DNA of 64,000 bases from Sedimentisphaerales bacterium (GCA_963663965.2 CAXXFK010000030.1:160001-224000); one strand, 5' to 3'. Numbered from the stretch's first letter, positions 22,462 through 32,820 are shown. Translations and numbers: made by a program. Notes: generated from the letters alone by a model not told the origin.

Positions 22462-23097
22462 TTAACGCATGATCCATTCCCGGTCGCGATACAACAAGAC
22501 CCGCTTGTCGGGATTGAAGCGGTCGCCGGGGATCTGGTATTGTAGCATTAAAGTGCGGTGAAGCAAGAACTTTTTGGATTTTCCGATAGAATTGATGGTG
22601 ATTTCTTCGGATTCGTTGCTGAGTCCGGCAAAGAAGATTTTGAGACTGGTGGCTTCGGGATCGAAATCTTCGAAGATGATCACGGAATCACGGGCGTTGT
22701 CCTGTCCCTGGAGCAGTTTTCCGGAGACGAAATCACGCGGTTCCATCAGGGGGATGGTGTTATTATAGCGGTCCCGGATGGCTTCAAAGACCTCGCGTCG
22801 GTTTTTGACGCCGGTTTCGTAGAGTTTGAAGGTATTGGTAAAGGCTTCGACCCGGGGATAGAAATCGATATCTTCGCCGGTATTGTTGGTGACGGTATAG
22901 GTCAGGTACCAGAAGCGTCTGGGTTGATCTTCGCCGGCGAGTTTAACCATGATTGGCTGAGGAGCGCTGTGGAACTGGACATCCACCAGCCATTCGCCCG
23001 GGGCGAGGATCAAAGAGGGTTCTGGAACGGCCATCGCGGCTGAAACCAGCAACGCCATCACACCGGCAACCAATGGGAGATTTCTGTGAAAAATCAT
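22462..23097 (-). CDS. Secreted hypothetical protein
   Basis: Signal peptide; 211 aa; FWYLTYTVTN, FFAGLSN, YQIPGD. Confidence 0.75.
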   Translation of the reverse strand: MIFHRNLPLVAGVMALLVSAAMAVPEPSLILAPGEWLVDVQFHSAPQPIMVKLAGEDQPRRFWYLTYTVTNNTGEDIDFYPRVEAFTNTFKLYETGVKNRREVFEAIRDRYNNTIPLMEPRDFVSGKLLQGQDNARDSVIIFEDFDPEATSLKIFFAGLSNESEEITINSIGKSKKFLLHRTLMLQYQIPGDRFNPDKRVLLYRDREWIMR

Positions 23098-23416
23098 CTT
23101 AAGTTCCTGTGATTGAGTTAGTTAATGACAAAAAGGCTTGCACTGGGACATATGAGTATATCTCAATTTGTGCTTTCTGTCAATCTATAAGATCGGCAAA
23201 ACCAGGATAGGATTTTATATGGGGGATTGGAATTTGGGTCGGTGATCCACTTCGGACAGGGAATGCGGGGTCAAAGCTGTTTATGATTATTTCTGATACT
23301 GCGAATTGTGTAAGTGAATATGGCGATCAATATAATACGGGAATTTAGTAAATAAACTAATGCAAACAAAGGGTTTGGTATGTAAAATGATGTGGCTCAT
23401 AATTACTGGAGGCGTT

Positions 23417-23842
23417 ATGTCAACACTGGAAAAAGCTATTGAAATTGCGGCGTCAGCTCATCAGGGCCAGAAACAAAAGGATGGGATGCCTTATATTATT
23501 CATCCATTGACAGTCATGATGAAGGTGGAGACGCTTGAGGAAAAGATAGTGGCGGTATTGCACGATGTGATCGAGGATACCGAAGTGACCCTGGCCGATC
23601 TGCAAGAGGCGGGATTTGCTGATGAGGTTCTGGCGGGGGTTGAACTGATGACCCGGACAGAGGGTCAGGATTATGAGGAGTATATTGAAGCGATCAGCCG
23701 GAACGCGATTGCCCGCAAGGTGAAACTGGCGGATATGCGGAATAATATCGATTTATTGCGGATTCCGGTTGTGAAGGATAAGGATCTGGAACGGTGCCGG
23801 AAATATCATCGCTCTATACGGTATCTGGAGGAAATTGACTAG
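23417..23842 (+). CDS. HD-domain protein, Mesh1/small alarmone hydrolase-like
   Basis: AHQGQ..KDG.PYIIHP, AVLHDVIEDT, VKLAD..N; GGAGG RBS. Confidence 0.85.
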   Translation: MSTLEKAIEIAASAHQGQKQKDGMPYIIHPLTVMMKVETLEEKIVAVLHDVIEDTEVTLADLQEAGFADEVLAGVELMTRTEGQDYEEYIEAISRNAIARKVKLADMRNNIDLLRIPVVKDKDLERCRKYHRSIRYLEEID

Positions 23843-24567
23843 TGCGGGTCTATGTATGCAGTGATTTGCATGTGGAGTTTCATCCTGACGGTGGAGCAGA
23901 ACTTATAGGCTGCCGGTTACCCGAGGCTGACCTGATCCTGGTCGCGGGGGATCTGGCGAACGCCCGGTTGTTGCCGGAGGCATTGAAATTGCTGGCCAGG
24001 CGCTATCCCCAAGTGGTTTATGTTGCCGGGAACCATGAGTATTATGGATCGAACCGGGAAGAGGTCGCCTTGTTGCGGGAAGGTCTGCCGGGCAATATCG
24101 CCTGGCTGGAGAACGAGGTTATCGAGCTGAATGGTCTGTGTATCGCGGGTTGTACAATGTGGTTTGGACCGCAACCCCTGGAAGCCCGGTGCCTGGTAAA
24201 CGATTTTTACCGGATCGGTGGTCTGGGAGACTGGTATGTCGAGGCCAATCGTCGTTCGCTGGAATTTCTGGATCAGGTTGTGACGTCAAATACGATGGTG
24301 ATGACCCATCACGCGCCGAGTATTCAGAGTGTGGATCCGCTTTATCGCCATAAGCAGAGCACCGGTTTTTTTGTCTGCCCGGAGGCGGAGATGCTCATTG
24401 CCCGCTGTCAGCCGCCACTCTGGATTCACGGTCATACGCATCGGAGCGCCGACTATATGATCGGGGGTACGCGGATTTACTGTAATCCATATGGGTATCA
24501 TCACCGTGAGATGAATTCTCTGTTCCAATGGCAGGAAGGGGTGTTTGACTGGCAGGAATTAATATAA
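23842..24567 (+). CDS. Calcineurin-like metallophosphoesterase
   Basis: SDLH, AGD, GNHE, THHAP, HGHTH; GTG start overlaps the HD gene's TAG. Confidence 0.9.
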   Translation: MRVYVCSDLHVEFHPDGGAELIGCRLPEADLILVAGDLANARLLPEALKLLARRYPQVVYVAGNHEYYGSNREEVALLREGLPGNIAWLENEVIELNGLCIAGCTMWFGPQPLEARCLVNDFYRIGGLGDWYVEANRRSLEFLDQVVTSNTMVMTHHAPSIQSVDPLYRHKQSTGFFVCPEAEMLIARCQPPLWIHGHTHRSADYMIGGTRIYCNPYGYHHREMNSLFQWQEGVFDWQELI

Positions 24568-24677
24568 TATTTCGATGAAATGGGGTTGTAATATAAAACA
24601 ATTTATGGTATATCTAAGTTTTGAGTTGATAATCAAGTTAATAATCGAGGCGAAATAAAATATATCAGGGGATATTC

Positions 24678-26369
24678 ATGCGATCGGAAGCCTTACCCAC
24701 CCAGACTGAGATGATTGCCTATCTGGATCGTTATGTTCGAGGCCAGAAAACCACCAAGCAGGCTATTGCAACGGCTATTTATGAACACTACCTGGGCCAT
24801 GCCCTGAGCGAATCGGAGTCCGGCGGTTGTCGCGATTTCGGTCCTCAGCACATATTGGTTATCGGACCAACAGGCAGCGGAAAAACATATCTGATCCGCA
24901 AGTTGTCCGAGTATCTGAATGTGCCGATCGTTTTTGCCAGCGCCGCCAGTATGTCGGGAACCGGCTATGTGGGGTCCAAGCCGCAAACGTTTGTCCAGCG
25001 GCTGCTGCATATGCGCGGGATGGATCCCCGGGAGGCGGAGAAAGGGATCATTTTTCTGGATGAATTCGATAAAGTGCGTAAAGTGTCGGGCGAGTGGCGG
25101 GATGTGTCGGGTGAGGATGTTCAGAACAGTCTTTTGACGTTTCTGGATGGCGGGAAAACGCCCATTCCCACCGACCGGGAGGAGCGGGAGTTTGTGACGG
25201 TGGATGTCTCGAAAATACTGTTTATCTGTTCGGGTGCGTTTGTCGGTCTGACCGATATCGTCAGGCAGCGGTGCAACATCGCGGAACCGTTTGGATTCAA
25301 CCAGGATTCGGGGGCTGAAGGCAACGCTTCGGCGACGGATGATGAGATTCTGGCCAGGGTTGAGGATCAGGATGTGATTGATTTTGGATTCATTCCCGAG
25401 CTGATCGGCCGGTTTGGCGCAATAACCCGGTTACATCATCTGTCTGAAGAGGACCTGATTGCGATTCTGACCACGACGGAAGGTTCGATACTTCGCAAAC
25501 GCCAGGCGTTATTTGGGGTGCACGGCATCGAGCTGACCTATACGCCGGCCGCGTTGACGGCGATCGCCCGGAAGTCCATTGGCATGAATATCGGCGCGCG
25601 CGGGCTGAACCAGATCGTCTTGAAGTCGACTGACGCGGTGGAATGGCGTTTGCATGAATTGTATCAAGAGGGGGTGAGGCGGATCGAGATCGATGCGGAT
25701 GTGATCGACGGGACGGGCGAACCGCGTTTGTCAAACGACACCAGTGATCCGTCGGTCAGGCTGGAGCCAGTGGCGAACGAATTACGCGCCCGGGCGCTGG
25801 GCAAAGCGATACCCGCCGAGAAGTATATCGCGACGGATAAAGGTTTTATTACCAATACGTCCGGTTGGAGCAGGGCCAAGCTGTCTGAGGAACTGGAGAA
25901 GATAAAAGAAGAGCATCTGGACTGGCCCAATACGACGGGCAGCGCGAAAAAATGGTGGGAGGCGTTTGAAAAAGAAAACCAGCACCGGTTAGAACTGATC
26001 TATCGTCTGGCGGAGGAATTGCGGAACCGCAAGGCCACGATAACGGAATTCTTCCTGGCGTATGTCTATTCCAATACGGACAATATTCAGGGTAATTTGT
26101 ATTATCTGGATTATACCCGGCTGAAAAAGGAAGAAGAGCGGAAGAGGAAAGAGGCCTTAAACAATAAGCAGCGTTTTCATACCGGCGAAACGGTGCCTGG
26201 GGGGGAGGCCGGCAGTTATTGCTTTGGCGGTTATTGCGACAGCGATCAGGCGGTCGATCCGGGAGATGAAGAGCAGGGGATTACGCTTGATGAGGGTGAC
26301 GAGTTTCCTGCGAGTTCGTCCGGATTGGATTGCTGGTGGGAGAAGGTGGCTGATGATGTCCCATTTTAG
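24678..26369 (+). CDS. ClpX-like AAA+ ATPase lacking the Zn-binding domain, with C-terminal extension
   Basis: GPTGSGKT, GYVG, IIFLDEFDK, RDVSGEDVQNSLL, GFIPELIGRF, GARGL; ~190 extra C-terminal aa. Confidence 0.85.
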   Translation: MRSEALPTQTEMIAYLDRYVRGQKTTKQAIATAIYEHYLGHALSESESGGCRDFGPQHILVIGPTGSGKTYLIRKLSEYLNVPIVFASAASMSGTGYVGSKPQTFVQRLLHMRGMDPREAEKGIIFLDEFDKVRKVSGEWRDVSGEDVQNSLLTFLDGGKTPIPTDREEREFVTVDVSKILFICSGAFVGLTDIVRQRCNIAEPFGFNQDSGAEGNASATDDEILARVEDQDVIDFGFIPELIGRFGAITRLHHLSEEDLIAILTTTEGSILRKRQALFGVHGIELTYTPAALTAIARKSIGMNIGARGLNQIVLKSTDAVEWRLHELYQEGVRRIEIDADVIDGTGEPRLSNDTSDPSVRLEPVANELRARALGKAIPAEKYIATDKGFITNTSGWSRAKLSEELEKIKEEHLDWPNTTGSAKKWWEAFEKENQHRLELIYRLAEELRNRKATITEFFLAYVYSNTDNIQGNLYYLDYTRLKKEEERKRKEALNNKQRFHTGETVPGGEAGSYCFGGYCDSDQAVDPGDEEQGITLDEGDEFPASSSGLDCWWEKVADDVPF

Positions 26370-26762
26370 CGCCCCTAAAAAATGAGTTTTCTACTACGAC
26401 CGGCTGCCAAAGTCGCCCGCTGCGTTCTCGGGGCCCAACATCCTCGACACCCCATAGAAAAGTTGCCTGCGGGAGTTTGATCCCTGCGGCCCTCCTGAGG
26501 CGGATCTTCGACCTTGCTGACTCCATTTTCGCCCGGTCTCACTACAGAAATCATTTTGTCAGGCACTCTTAGAAAAAAAATGATGACTTATGCTGTCAGA
26601 AGCATTAAACTGCCTTAAGTGCCTGATCCGGCAATGCCGGTTTCCGAAAAGGGCACAGATGCCATTGGCTCACTATAAGATAAGGTGGCCATTTTGCGAA
26701 AAAGTTTTTTTGTAAGAGATTGGCAAGACAGGGTTTTTCAACGACTTGTCAGGTCCTCTTAG
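26367..26762. mobile_element. Two adjacent MITE-like elements
   Basis: Imperfect inverted ends; right ends TGTCAGGCACTCTTAG (26557-26572) and TGTCAGGTCCTCTTAG (26747-26762); TAAGTGCCTGA at ~26616 is the inverse end. Confidence 0.45.
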
Positions 26763-26787
26763 AAAAATTCAATACAGGAGTATTCCT

Positions 26788-27579
26788 ATGACCGATTCCT
26801 ATATTTATCCCGATGCCTCCGACGCAATTACATTGAAGATGATAGATACCCATGAGCCCAGGCCCGGTTACTGGGCGCAAAGCGAATCTGTTATCATAGA
26901 CAAATTAAGAGACTATTGTAATCAGCATATGGGTGACAGGCGGGATTTGACGTTGCTGGACATCGGCGGGGGCATGGGTCGTTTGTCGGTGGTATTGCAG
27001 GATCTGTTTTCTCGAATCGTTTTGCTGGAGCCGGATATTACCCGATTGCAGCAAGCCGAAGCGGAGATCGCGTCAAAGGGGTTGGGGGAGAAATTTGAGT
27101 TTGTGAATTTACTGGCGGAAAATTATCATCCTGGGATTCAATTCGATGTTATCTTGAACAGTCATGTTCTTCAACATATTCCGGTTGATTGTAGTTCGAA
27201 GCTGCTGGACACCATGTGTCAGTTGCTGAAGCCGGGCGGAGTGGGAGCGGTATTAACGACACATGCCAAATGCACCTATTTTGTTCGTCAGTCGATAATC
27301 GATAACCAGGTCATCGAGCAACCGATCGAGCAGGCGTTGTTCGATTCGCTGTGTTATCACACGAAAGATGAATTACCCATACGCTTTTTTGGCCAGGATG
27401 ACCTGCTTGCCCTGTTGTCGCGGCATGGATTTAACGTTTCAACGTTTTGGGTTTATCATTGTCTGGAAAATTTTGGCGACGCGGAAACTTATATAGCAAG
27501 AGACGAGCTGGTTAATGCCATTCCAGTTTTGCAGACGAATCTGGGGCGTGACTGTTTTGCGATCGTAACAAAAGCCTAG
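26788..27579 (+). CDS. Class I SAM-dependent methyltransferase
   Basis: LLDIGGGMGR, FDVILNSHVLQHI, LKPGG; AGGAG RBS. Confidence 0.9.
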   Translation: MTDSYIYPDASDAITLKMIDTHEPRPGYWAQSESVIIDKLRDYCNQHMGDRRDLTLLDIGGGMGRLSVVLQDLFSRIVLLEPDITRLQQAEAEIASKGLGEKFEFVNLLAENYHPGIQFDVILNSHVLQHIPVDCSSKLLDTMCQLLKPGGVGAVLTTHAKCTYFVRQSIIDNQVIEQPIEQALFDSLCYHTKDELPIRFFGQDDLLALLSRHGFNVSTFWVYHCLENFGDAETYIARDELVNAIPVLQTNLGRDCFAIVTKA

Positions 27580-27806
27580 AGGGTGGTTTGGTTCAATGAT
27601 CATATTGAATGACGTTCGAAATGATTAAGGGGTGTCGCTGACGATGGTTGGCGGGCATCGTGAGTATGGTTTCGGGTGTGGCCCGTCGCCCGGCCAGTAG
27701 CCGGTTCGGGCGCAAGGAAATGATTCCGGAGGGTTTCTGTTGCTCGTTGGTGTTGATTGTTCCGAAGTTTAAGGTTTTGTCTCAAGTTCATTAAGGAGTT
27801 GGCTCA

Positions 27807-29333
27807 ATGGAATCGATCATTGAATTTGATGCTATTTTTACATTTGGCATTTGTTTTGCCATCGAGGATGATACGTTAATCCATAATTTCATGACCCGGA
27901 ATAATGACCGAGCGAAACAAAGCGCACAAAACGAGGCCATTAAACAGATCCGAGATACATTCAACTTTACCTTTCCGGCCTATCATCATTTATTCGGCAA
28001 AGAGGTCTTGCAGATATTTAAATATGAATCGGACCTTTCGCTTGAGTTACCTGAATCAGGCGAGAGCGAGAATCCAAGAATTCTTAAAGGCAGTATATAT
28101 TTTCTGAGTGTTAAGAATCCCAATGTGATCTGTATCTTATTGACATTGGGTTCTCCGGAAACTGGTAAAATGTATTTATCAACCGATGAGATCATAAAAG
28201 TATATAAAAACGTGCGATCTTCTGTCGATGGTTATCGTTATTCCATAATCCATGAGGGTCAGGTTCTGGATACCTATGATACCCTGTATAAGTTATTGGA
28301 AAAACTCAAAACCGAACCATCGGATAATAATTCTCAAGGCGAAACAGAAGCCTGGAAGATTCCATCAGAAGAAATTCTTTGCGAACGAAACGCGCATCAG
28401 CAGGATATCATAGATTTTCATTGTCTGGAGATCCGAAAAATACGAAAATCCAAGACTGAGACCGCCTCTGCAATTGAGGCGCAGGATTATCCCCAGCAAT
28501 TATATGGTCTGTTATCGGGAGACGAAGGATGGCGTTTTGTTCCAATCGAAACCGCCCAAAAAAGAACCGAACCCGAATGGCAGGTCCGGGATTTTTGTAT
28601 CATCATTCCTTTCGGACGGGCCTTGTTGAGCCTGAATGACAAACCCGATGCCTATATCGATTTTCAGCGGGCGAATAATGTGGGTCATCAAACGTATTTT
28701 GGGATGAGAAGCGAGATAGCCTGTCTCGATCATTGCGCATTACCATTGCTGTTGAACGCGTTGTTTCGATTGTCGCCGATTATTCGTTCTTACGATGAAA
28801 TTAGAAATATGCGATTATTCGAAATCGATGGATTTAAAGATCCGGTAAAAGGCAAGAAAAAGAAAGCTAAATTGAAGGTGTTAAAACGTCGCCAGGCGGA
28901 CATCTACCGGTTATTGCAGATTCTGGAGATCGATAATATCCGTGAGCTGGATTTGCTGGAAGAAATTATTGTCGAAAATGTCGGATTACAATCTTACGCG
29001 GATGCTTTAAATCGGGACATTGAGAATCTACATGCGGCGATAAAACAGGAGGAAGATAAGCGAACTAATTTAATTATGATGGCATTGACAGTCATTATGT
29101 TATTTTCTACATTGATAATGCTGGTTCCGATTCTCATTCAAGTGTATAGTCTGTTGACCGAAAAACCAAGCCAAACCAATTCTGAGTCATCGTCCAATAC
29201 GCCATGTGTCGCCCCCATAGACGAGCGCGAAAATGATTCCGGGTTAAGAGTAGATGAAAATGGTCAGCCGGAAATCGGTCTTCCCATAAAAGCTGCCGAT
29301 CCAGGCACTGTCGAACCAGCCGGCGGGGATTGA
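27807..29333 (+). CDS. Hypothetical protein with coiled-coil and C-terminal TM helix
   Basis: 508 aa, AAGGAG RBS, hydrophobic segment after KRTNL. Confidence 0.75.
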   Translation: MESIIEFDAIFTFGICFAIEDDTLIHNFMTRNNDRAKQSAQNEAIKQIRDTFNFTFPAYHHLFGKEVLQIFKYESDLSLELPESGESENPRILKGSIYFLSVKNPNVICILLTLGSPETGKMYLSTDEIIKVYKNVRSSVDGYRYSIIHEGQVLDTYDTLYKLLEKLKTEPSDNNSQGETEAWKIPSEEILCERNAHQQDIIDFHCLEIRKIRKSKTETASAIEAQDYPQQLYGLLSGDEGWRFVPIETAQKRTEPEWQVRDFCIIIPFGRALLSLNDKPDAYIDFQRANNVGHQTYFGMRSEIACLDHCALPLLLNALFRLSPIIRSYDEIRNMRLFEIDGFKDPVKGKKKKAKLKVLKRRQADIYRLLQILEIDNIRELDLLEEIIVENVGLQSYADALNRDIENLHAAIKQEEDKRTNLIMMALTVIMLFSTLIMLVPILIQVYSLLTEKPSQTNSESSSNTPCVAPIDERENDSGLRVDENGQPEIGLPIKAADPGTVEPAGGD

Positions 29334-29399
29334 CTTTGTGTCTGTGAAATAATCGGTTCAGGAATTTTCTGTCGAGAGTTATCTTGATTTTTTATTCGT

Positions 29400-31643
29400 T
29401 TATTTCGATTCGGTCCAGGGGGCGTTTTGGAAATGGGTGACGATCATTTGCTGGACGGGGATGAGGTAGCGGACCATGCCGTAGTGGTCGGTTTTGAACC
29501 AGCGGATCTCGGCGGCGGCGGTGTCGGCCAGTCGGCGGGCGCATTGGGCGGGGATGATGGGGTCCTGGGAGCCGTTGACCATGAGCAGGCGGGTGTGGGT
29601 GAGGCGATCGGCGAAGTTGACCGGTTCGATAGTGGCCAGCAGGCGGCGCAGATCGGACAGGGAGATGTTGTTCTGTTGCAAGAGTAATTTGAACTGTTTG
29701 ACTTCATTGCTGTCGGAATTCAGGATGGAGACCAGATCGCCGCCGGCCAGCAGGGTAAAGACACGTGGGAACCGGCCATCGACCCCGGCGGCCAGGGCCG
29801 CGATACAGCCGCCCAGGCTGGTACCGCAGAGTCCGATGCGATCGGCGTCGACGTGAGGCAGGGCGGCCAGCACCTGAGCGGTGCGCTGGACATCCATAAC
29901 AGCCTGCCGGACGGCGGAAACCAGGGTGTTGGGGTCGTCGGTCATTCTTTTGAGCTCGACGGTATTGGTGGCGGAACGCTGGCCGTAACAGGGCAAGACC
30001 ATGATGCAGGCGTTGACCCCGGAATGGGCCAGGGTGTTGGCGATGATTCTGGAGGCGGTCATGGAGCCATCGAGGATATCCAACAGGATCACCGCCGGGC
30101 GGGATTCGGCGCCCTGGCAGTCGTAATATTCGCAATAGACGGTGTTGTGCTGCGGGACGGCGCTGTGCCAGGATGAAGGGAAAGAGAGCTGATGGACCTG
30201 ATAGGCGCCCAGGTCGTGGGTGGGTTTGATCTGGTATTCGAAGGGGGCGGGCTGGACGCGATAGACACTGAGCAGCCGGTCCTGTTGGGGATTGGCGGCG
30301 GGGGGCAGGGCGCGGAAGCCGGCTGGTGAGACGGAACCGGTGATAGTTTGGGCATCTTCCAGGCGGGTAGGCTGGGAGGCGTTGCCTGTTTCCTGCCGGG
30401 GTCTGGGGGGGACTGCAGTCACACCCTCGGGAGTTTGAGCGGGGATCATTTTCAGCAGGGTGGGTAACTCGTAGGCGTAATAGGGTTGATAACAGGCGGC
30501 GAAGTTGTCGTTTTCGGGAGCGATCGCGTTGGCGACCCAGAGCCGCAGGGTCTGGGGGGCGAATAACACCCGATGCAGGCAACTGGTCATGGCGATGGGG
30601 CGGTTCATCAGGTCGAGGGCGTGGTCCAGGTCGATCTTGCCGTATTGGGCCTGCACCCGGGCGGCGAGGTGTTCATAACGATCGCCGGCGCTGAGCAGGA
30701 CGGCGTCTTTGACGGGATGGGGCAGTTGGGGATGGGATTGGCCTGGGGCGACGACTTCGAAGCGGTCGGGGGCACAGGCCAGGCCGCGGGCGTCGGGCAG
30801 TTTGCCATCGCTGATGACGTAATAATATTCGCAGGTGCGCGGGGTGGAACGAAAGATCTCGACGGCCTGGTTGAGTGAATCGGCCTCTTCGAGCGCCTTG
30901 CGCACCAGGAAAGACATGGGCATGCCATCCCAGTTGCCTTCGCCGCGGCCGCCCATTTCGCCGATGGCGACCTGGCGGGCGTTCATGCCGGTGACCGAGC
31001 CGATAAAGCCGGCGTAACCGATGGTGATAAACGGGGTCTGGCCGTCCGGCTGGGCGACGGTGATGAGGGCGTGCTGCTGGAGGCCGACTTCGGTCATGTA
31101 ATCGAGGATGCGGCCGTGATAGAGTGTGCCGTCGCTGGTGGCGGAGGCAGAGAGGGCAAATCCGCTGCAATGGAACAGTTCGGGGAAAATATTGCCCCAC
31201 TGGATTTCGTTGAGCGGGATGCCGGAGCCTGCGGCCAGTCCGGCCATTTCATCCAGATAGCGCTGGGGAATAAACGGGCGGGTGCGCTGCCAGGCCTGTT
31301 CGATGGAGCCGTTGAAATAGTCATCGTAGCGGTTGGAATCGGCGGCGCGGGCGACGGTGAGGACCGTTTTCATCATGGCCTGGATGGGGCCGGAGAGTAA
31401 TTTGCCCTGTTGATAGCCCATTTCCCAGGGACTGCCGGCGATGAGCAGGACACGCTGGCCTTCGATTTCGAGCAGGGCGCCGCGGCCGCAACGGTCCAGG
31501 ACTTTGGGCTGTCCGGTTGGGATGATGGTGGCGGCCGGAAGCGGCCGGTTCGCCAGGGCGATCAGGCATCCGGCGATCAGGATGGTCAGGATGCGCAGGG
31601 TCCGGGGGATAGCTACCGATGGGGTGTTCGTAGTCATAAGCAC
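29400..31643 (-). CDS. Secreted fusion: C45/Ntn-hydrolase peptidase plus alpha/beta hydrolase
   Basis: FHCSGFA (Ntn Cys), HGRILDY; second domain GTSLGG, NGSQDPII, DHYG. Confidence 0.8.
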   Translation of the reverse strand: MLMTTNTPSVAIPRTLRILTILIAGCLIALANRPLPAATIIPTGQPKVLDRCGRGALLEIEGQRVLLIAGSPWEMGYQQGKLLSGPIQAMMKTVLTVARAADSNRYDDYFNGSIEQAWQRTRPFIPQRYLDEMAGLAAGSGIPLNEIQWGNIFPELFHCSGFALSASATSDGTLYHGRILDYMTEVGLQQHALITVAQPDGQTPFITIGYAGFIGSVTGMNARQVAIGEMGGRGEGNWDGMPMSFLVRKALEEADSLNQAVEIFRSTPRTCEYYYVISDGKLPDARGLACAPDRFEVVAPGQSHPQLPHPVKDAVLLSAGDRYEHLAARVQAQYGKIDLDHALDLMNRPIAMTSCLHRVLFAPQTLRLWVANAIAPENDNFAACYQPYYAYELPTLLKMIPAQTPEGVTAVPPRPRQETGNASQPTRLEDAQTITGSVSPAGFRALPPAANPQQDRLLSVYRVQPAPFEYQIKPTHDLGAYQVHQLSFPSSWHSAVPQHNTVYCEYYDCQGAESRPAVILLDILDGSMTASRIIANTLAHSGVNACIMVLPCYGQRSATNTVELKRMTDDPNTLVSAVRQAVMDVQRTAQVLAALPHVDADRIGLCGTSLGGCIAALAAGVDGRFPRVFTLLAGGDLVSILNSDSNEVKQFKLLLQQNNISLSDLRRLLATIEPVNFADRLTHTRLLMVNGSQDPIIPAQCARRLADTAAAEIRWFKTDHYGMVRYLIPVQQMIVTHFQNAPWTESK

Positions 31644-31989
31644 TCCTTTGATCTGGGAGTTATGTCAGGTTGACAGGGCGCTTGCCGGGTTGATAAATTG
31701 TTATTAATAAGTAATACCATCTGGCGGGATGGATGTTACAGAGTATGTTGAGCGCTAAACACAGGGCGGTCAAGCCGCAATCAAGAAAATATATCTCACA
31801 CGAAGTCACGAAGCCACTAAGGTTAACAGCCATTTAGACAAGATCACAGGATTGACAGGATAAAAAGTTCGGGGTAACAATTTTGATTTATAAGGAATTC
31901 AATTTAAAATACTTATGGAATATCAGATAAAAATTCTTGTTAAGAAAACAAAGAGACGATGGATTGTAGTACGTAGGCCTGGATCGTTG

Positions 31990-32679
31990 TCATGGATTTC
32001 CGGCGGCGTGTTTATCCAGCAGGTCGACGACATCGAAATGGCCTTTACTGGCGGCGAAGTCGCGGGCGTTTTCGCCGTCGACGTCGGTCAGTCGGTAGTT
32101 GGCCCGGGCTTCCAGCAGGCGGGCGACGACACCGGCCTGGCCTTCGGAAGCGGCGAACATCAGCGCGGTCCATTGCTCTTCGCTGTCGGCGGCGTCGATG
32201 TCGGGATTGTGTTTGAGCAGCAGAGAGACGGCGGCCTCGTTGGGGCCGCTGGCCGCGTACATCAGGGCTGTCCTTTTCATGGAATCTTTGGCGTTGATGT
32301 CGGCTTTATGTTCCAGCAGCAGTTGGCAGATATCGGTATGGCCGTTAAAAGCCGCCAGCATGAGGGCGGTGCGGCCTTCGTCGTTGACGGATTGGGGATC
32401 GATATCCTCACCGAGCGCCGACTGGATGGCGGCCAGGTCGCCATTGAAGGCGGCGTCGAAAAATTCGGGGCCGGCCGGTTTTAATGGTTTGGGAGGATTG
32501 GAGTTGTCGATGATTTCATGAAGAGTCTGGGCGGGGGGGGCTTTGTCGGGTTCGACATCCGATTCGCAACCAGTTAAGAAACTTATTGTGATTAAACAAG
32601 TTATAATAGGAAATATAATAACAGCTTTCAAAGTAGAGATCTCCTGTGGTCTATGTGAATATACCCAGTGTAGTTTCAA
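31990..32679 (-). CDS. Ankyrin-repeat lipoprotein
   Basis: LTGC lipobox; TALM(L/Y/F)AA repeats; true start may lie downstream. Confidence 0.85.
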   Translation of the reverse strand: MKLHWVYSHRPQEISTLKAVIIFPIITCLITISFLTGCESDVEPDKAPPAQTLHEIIDNSNPPKPLKPAGPEFFDAAFNGDLAAIQSALGEDIDPQSVNDEGRTALMLAAFNGHTDICQLLLEHKADINAKDSMKRTALMYAASGPNEAAVSLLLKHNPDIDAADSEEQWTALMFAASEGQAGVVARLLEARANYRLTDVDGENARDFAASKGHFDVVDLLDKHAAGNP

Positions 32680-32764
32680 ATTCTGAAAGTGTCAATGATG
32701 TAAGGTTATGAAGAAAATAGCAGTAATCGCGCGGTTTCCCGAACGTGATTGGGTAACCATAAAT

Positions 32765-32801
32765 AAAAAAGGCTCTGTCGATTTACTTGAGACAGAGCCT
32801 T
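32765..32801 (-). terminator. Intrinsic terminator of the FGE-domain gene
   Basis: AAGGCTCTGTC...GACAGAGCCTT stem flanked by A/T runs. Confidence 0.75.
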
Positions 32802-32820
32802 CAAAAATTATCATTAACGA

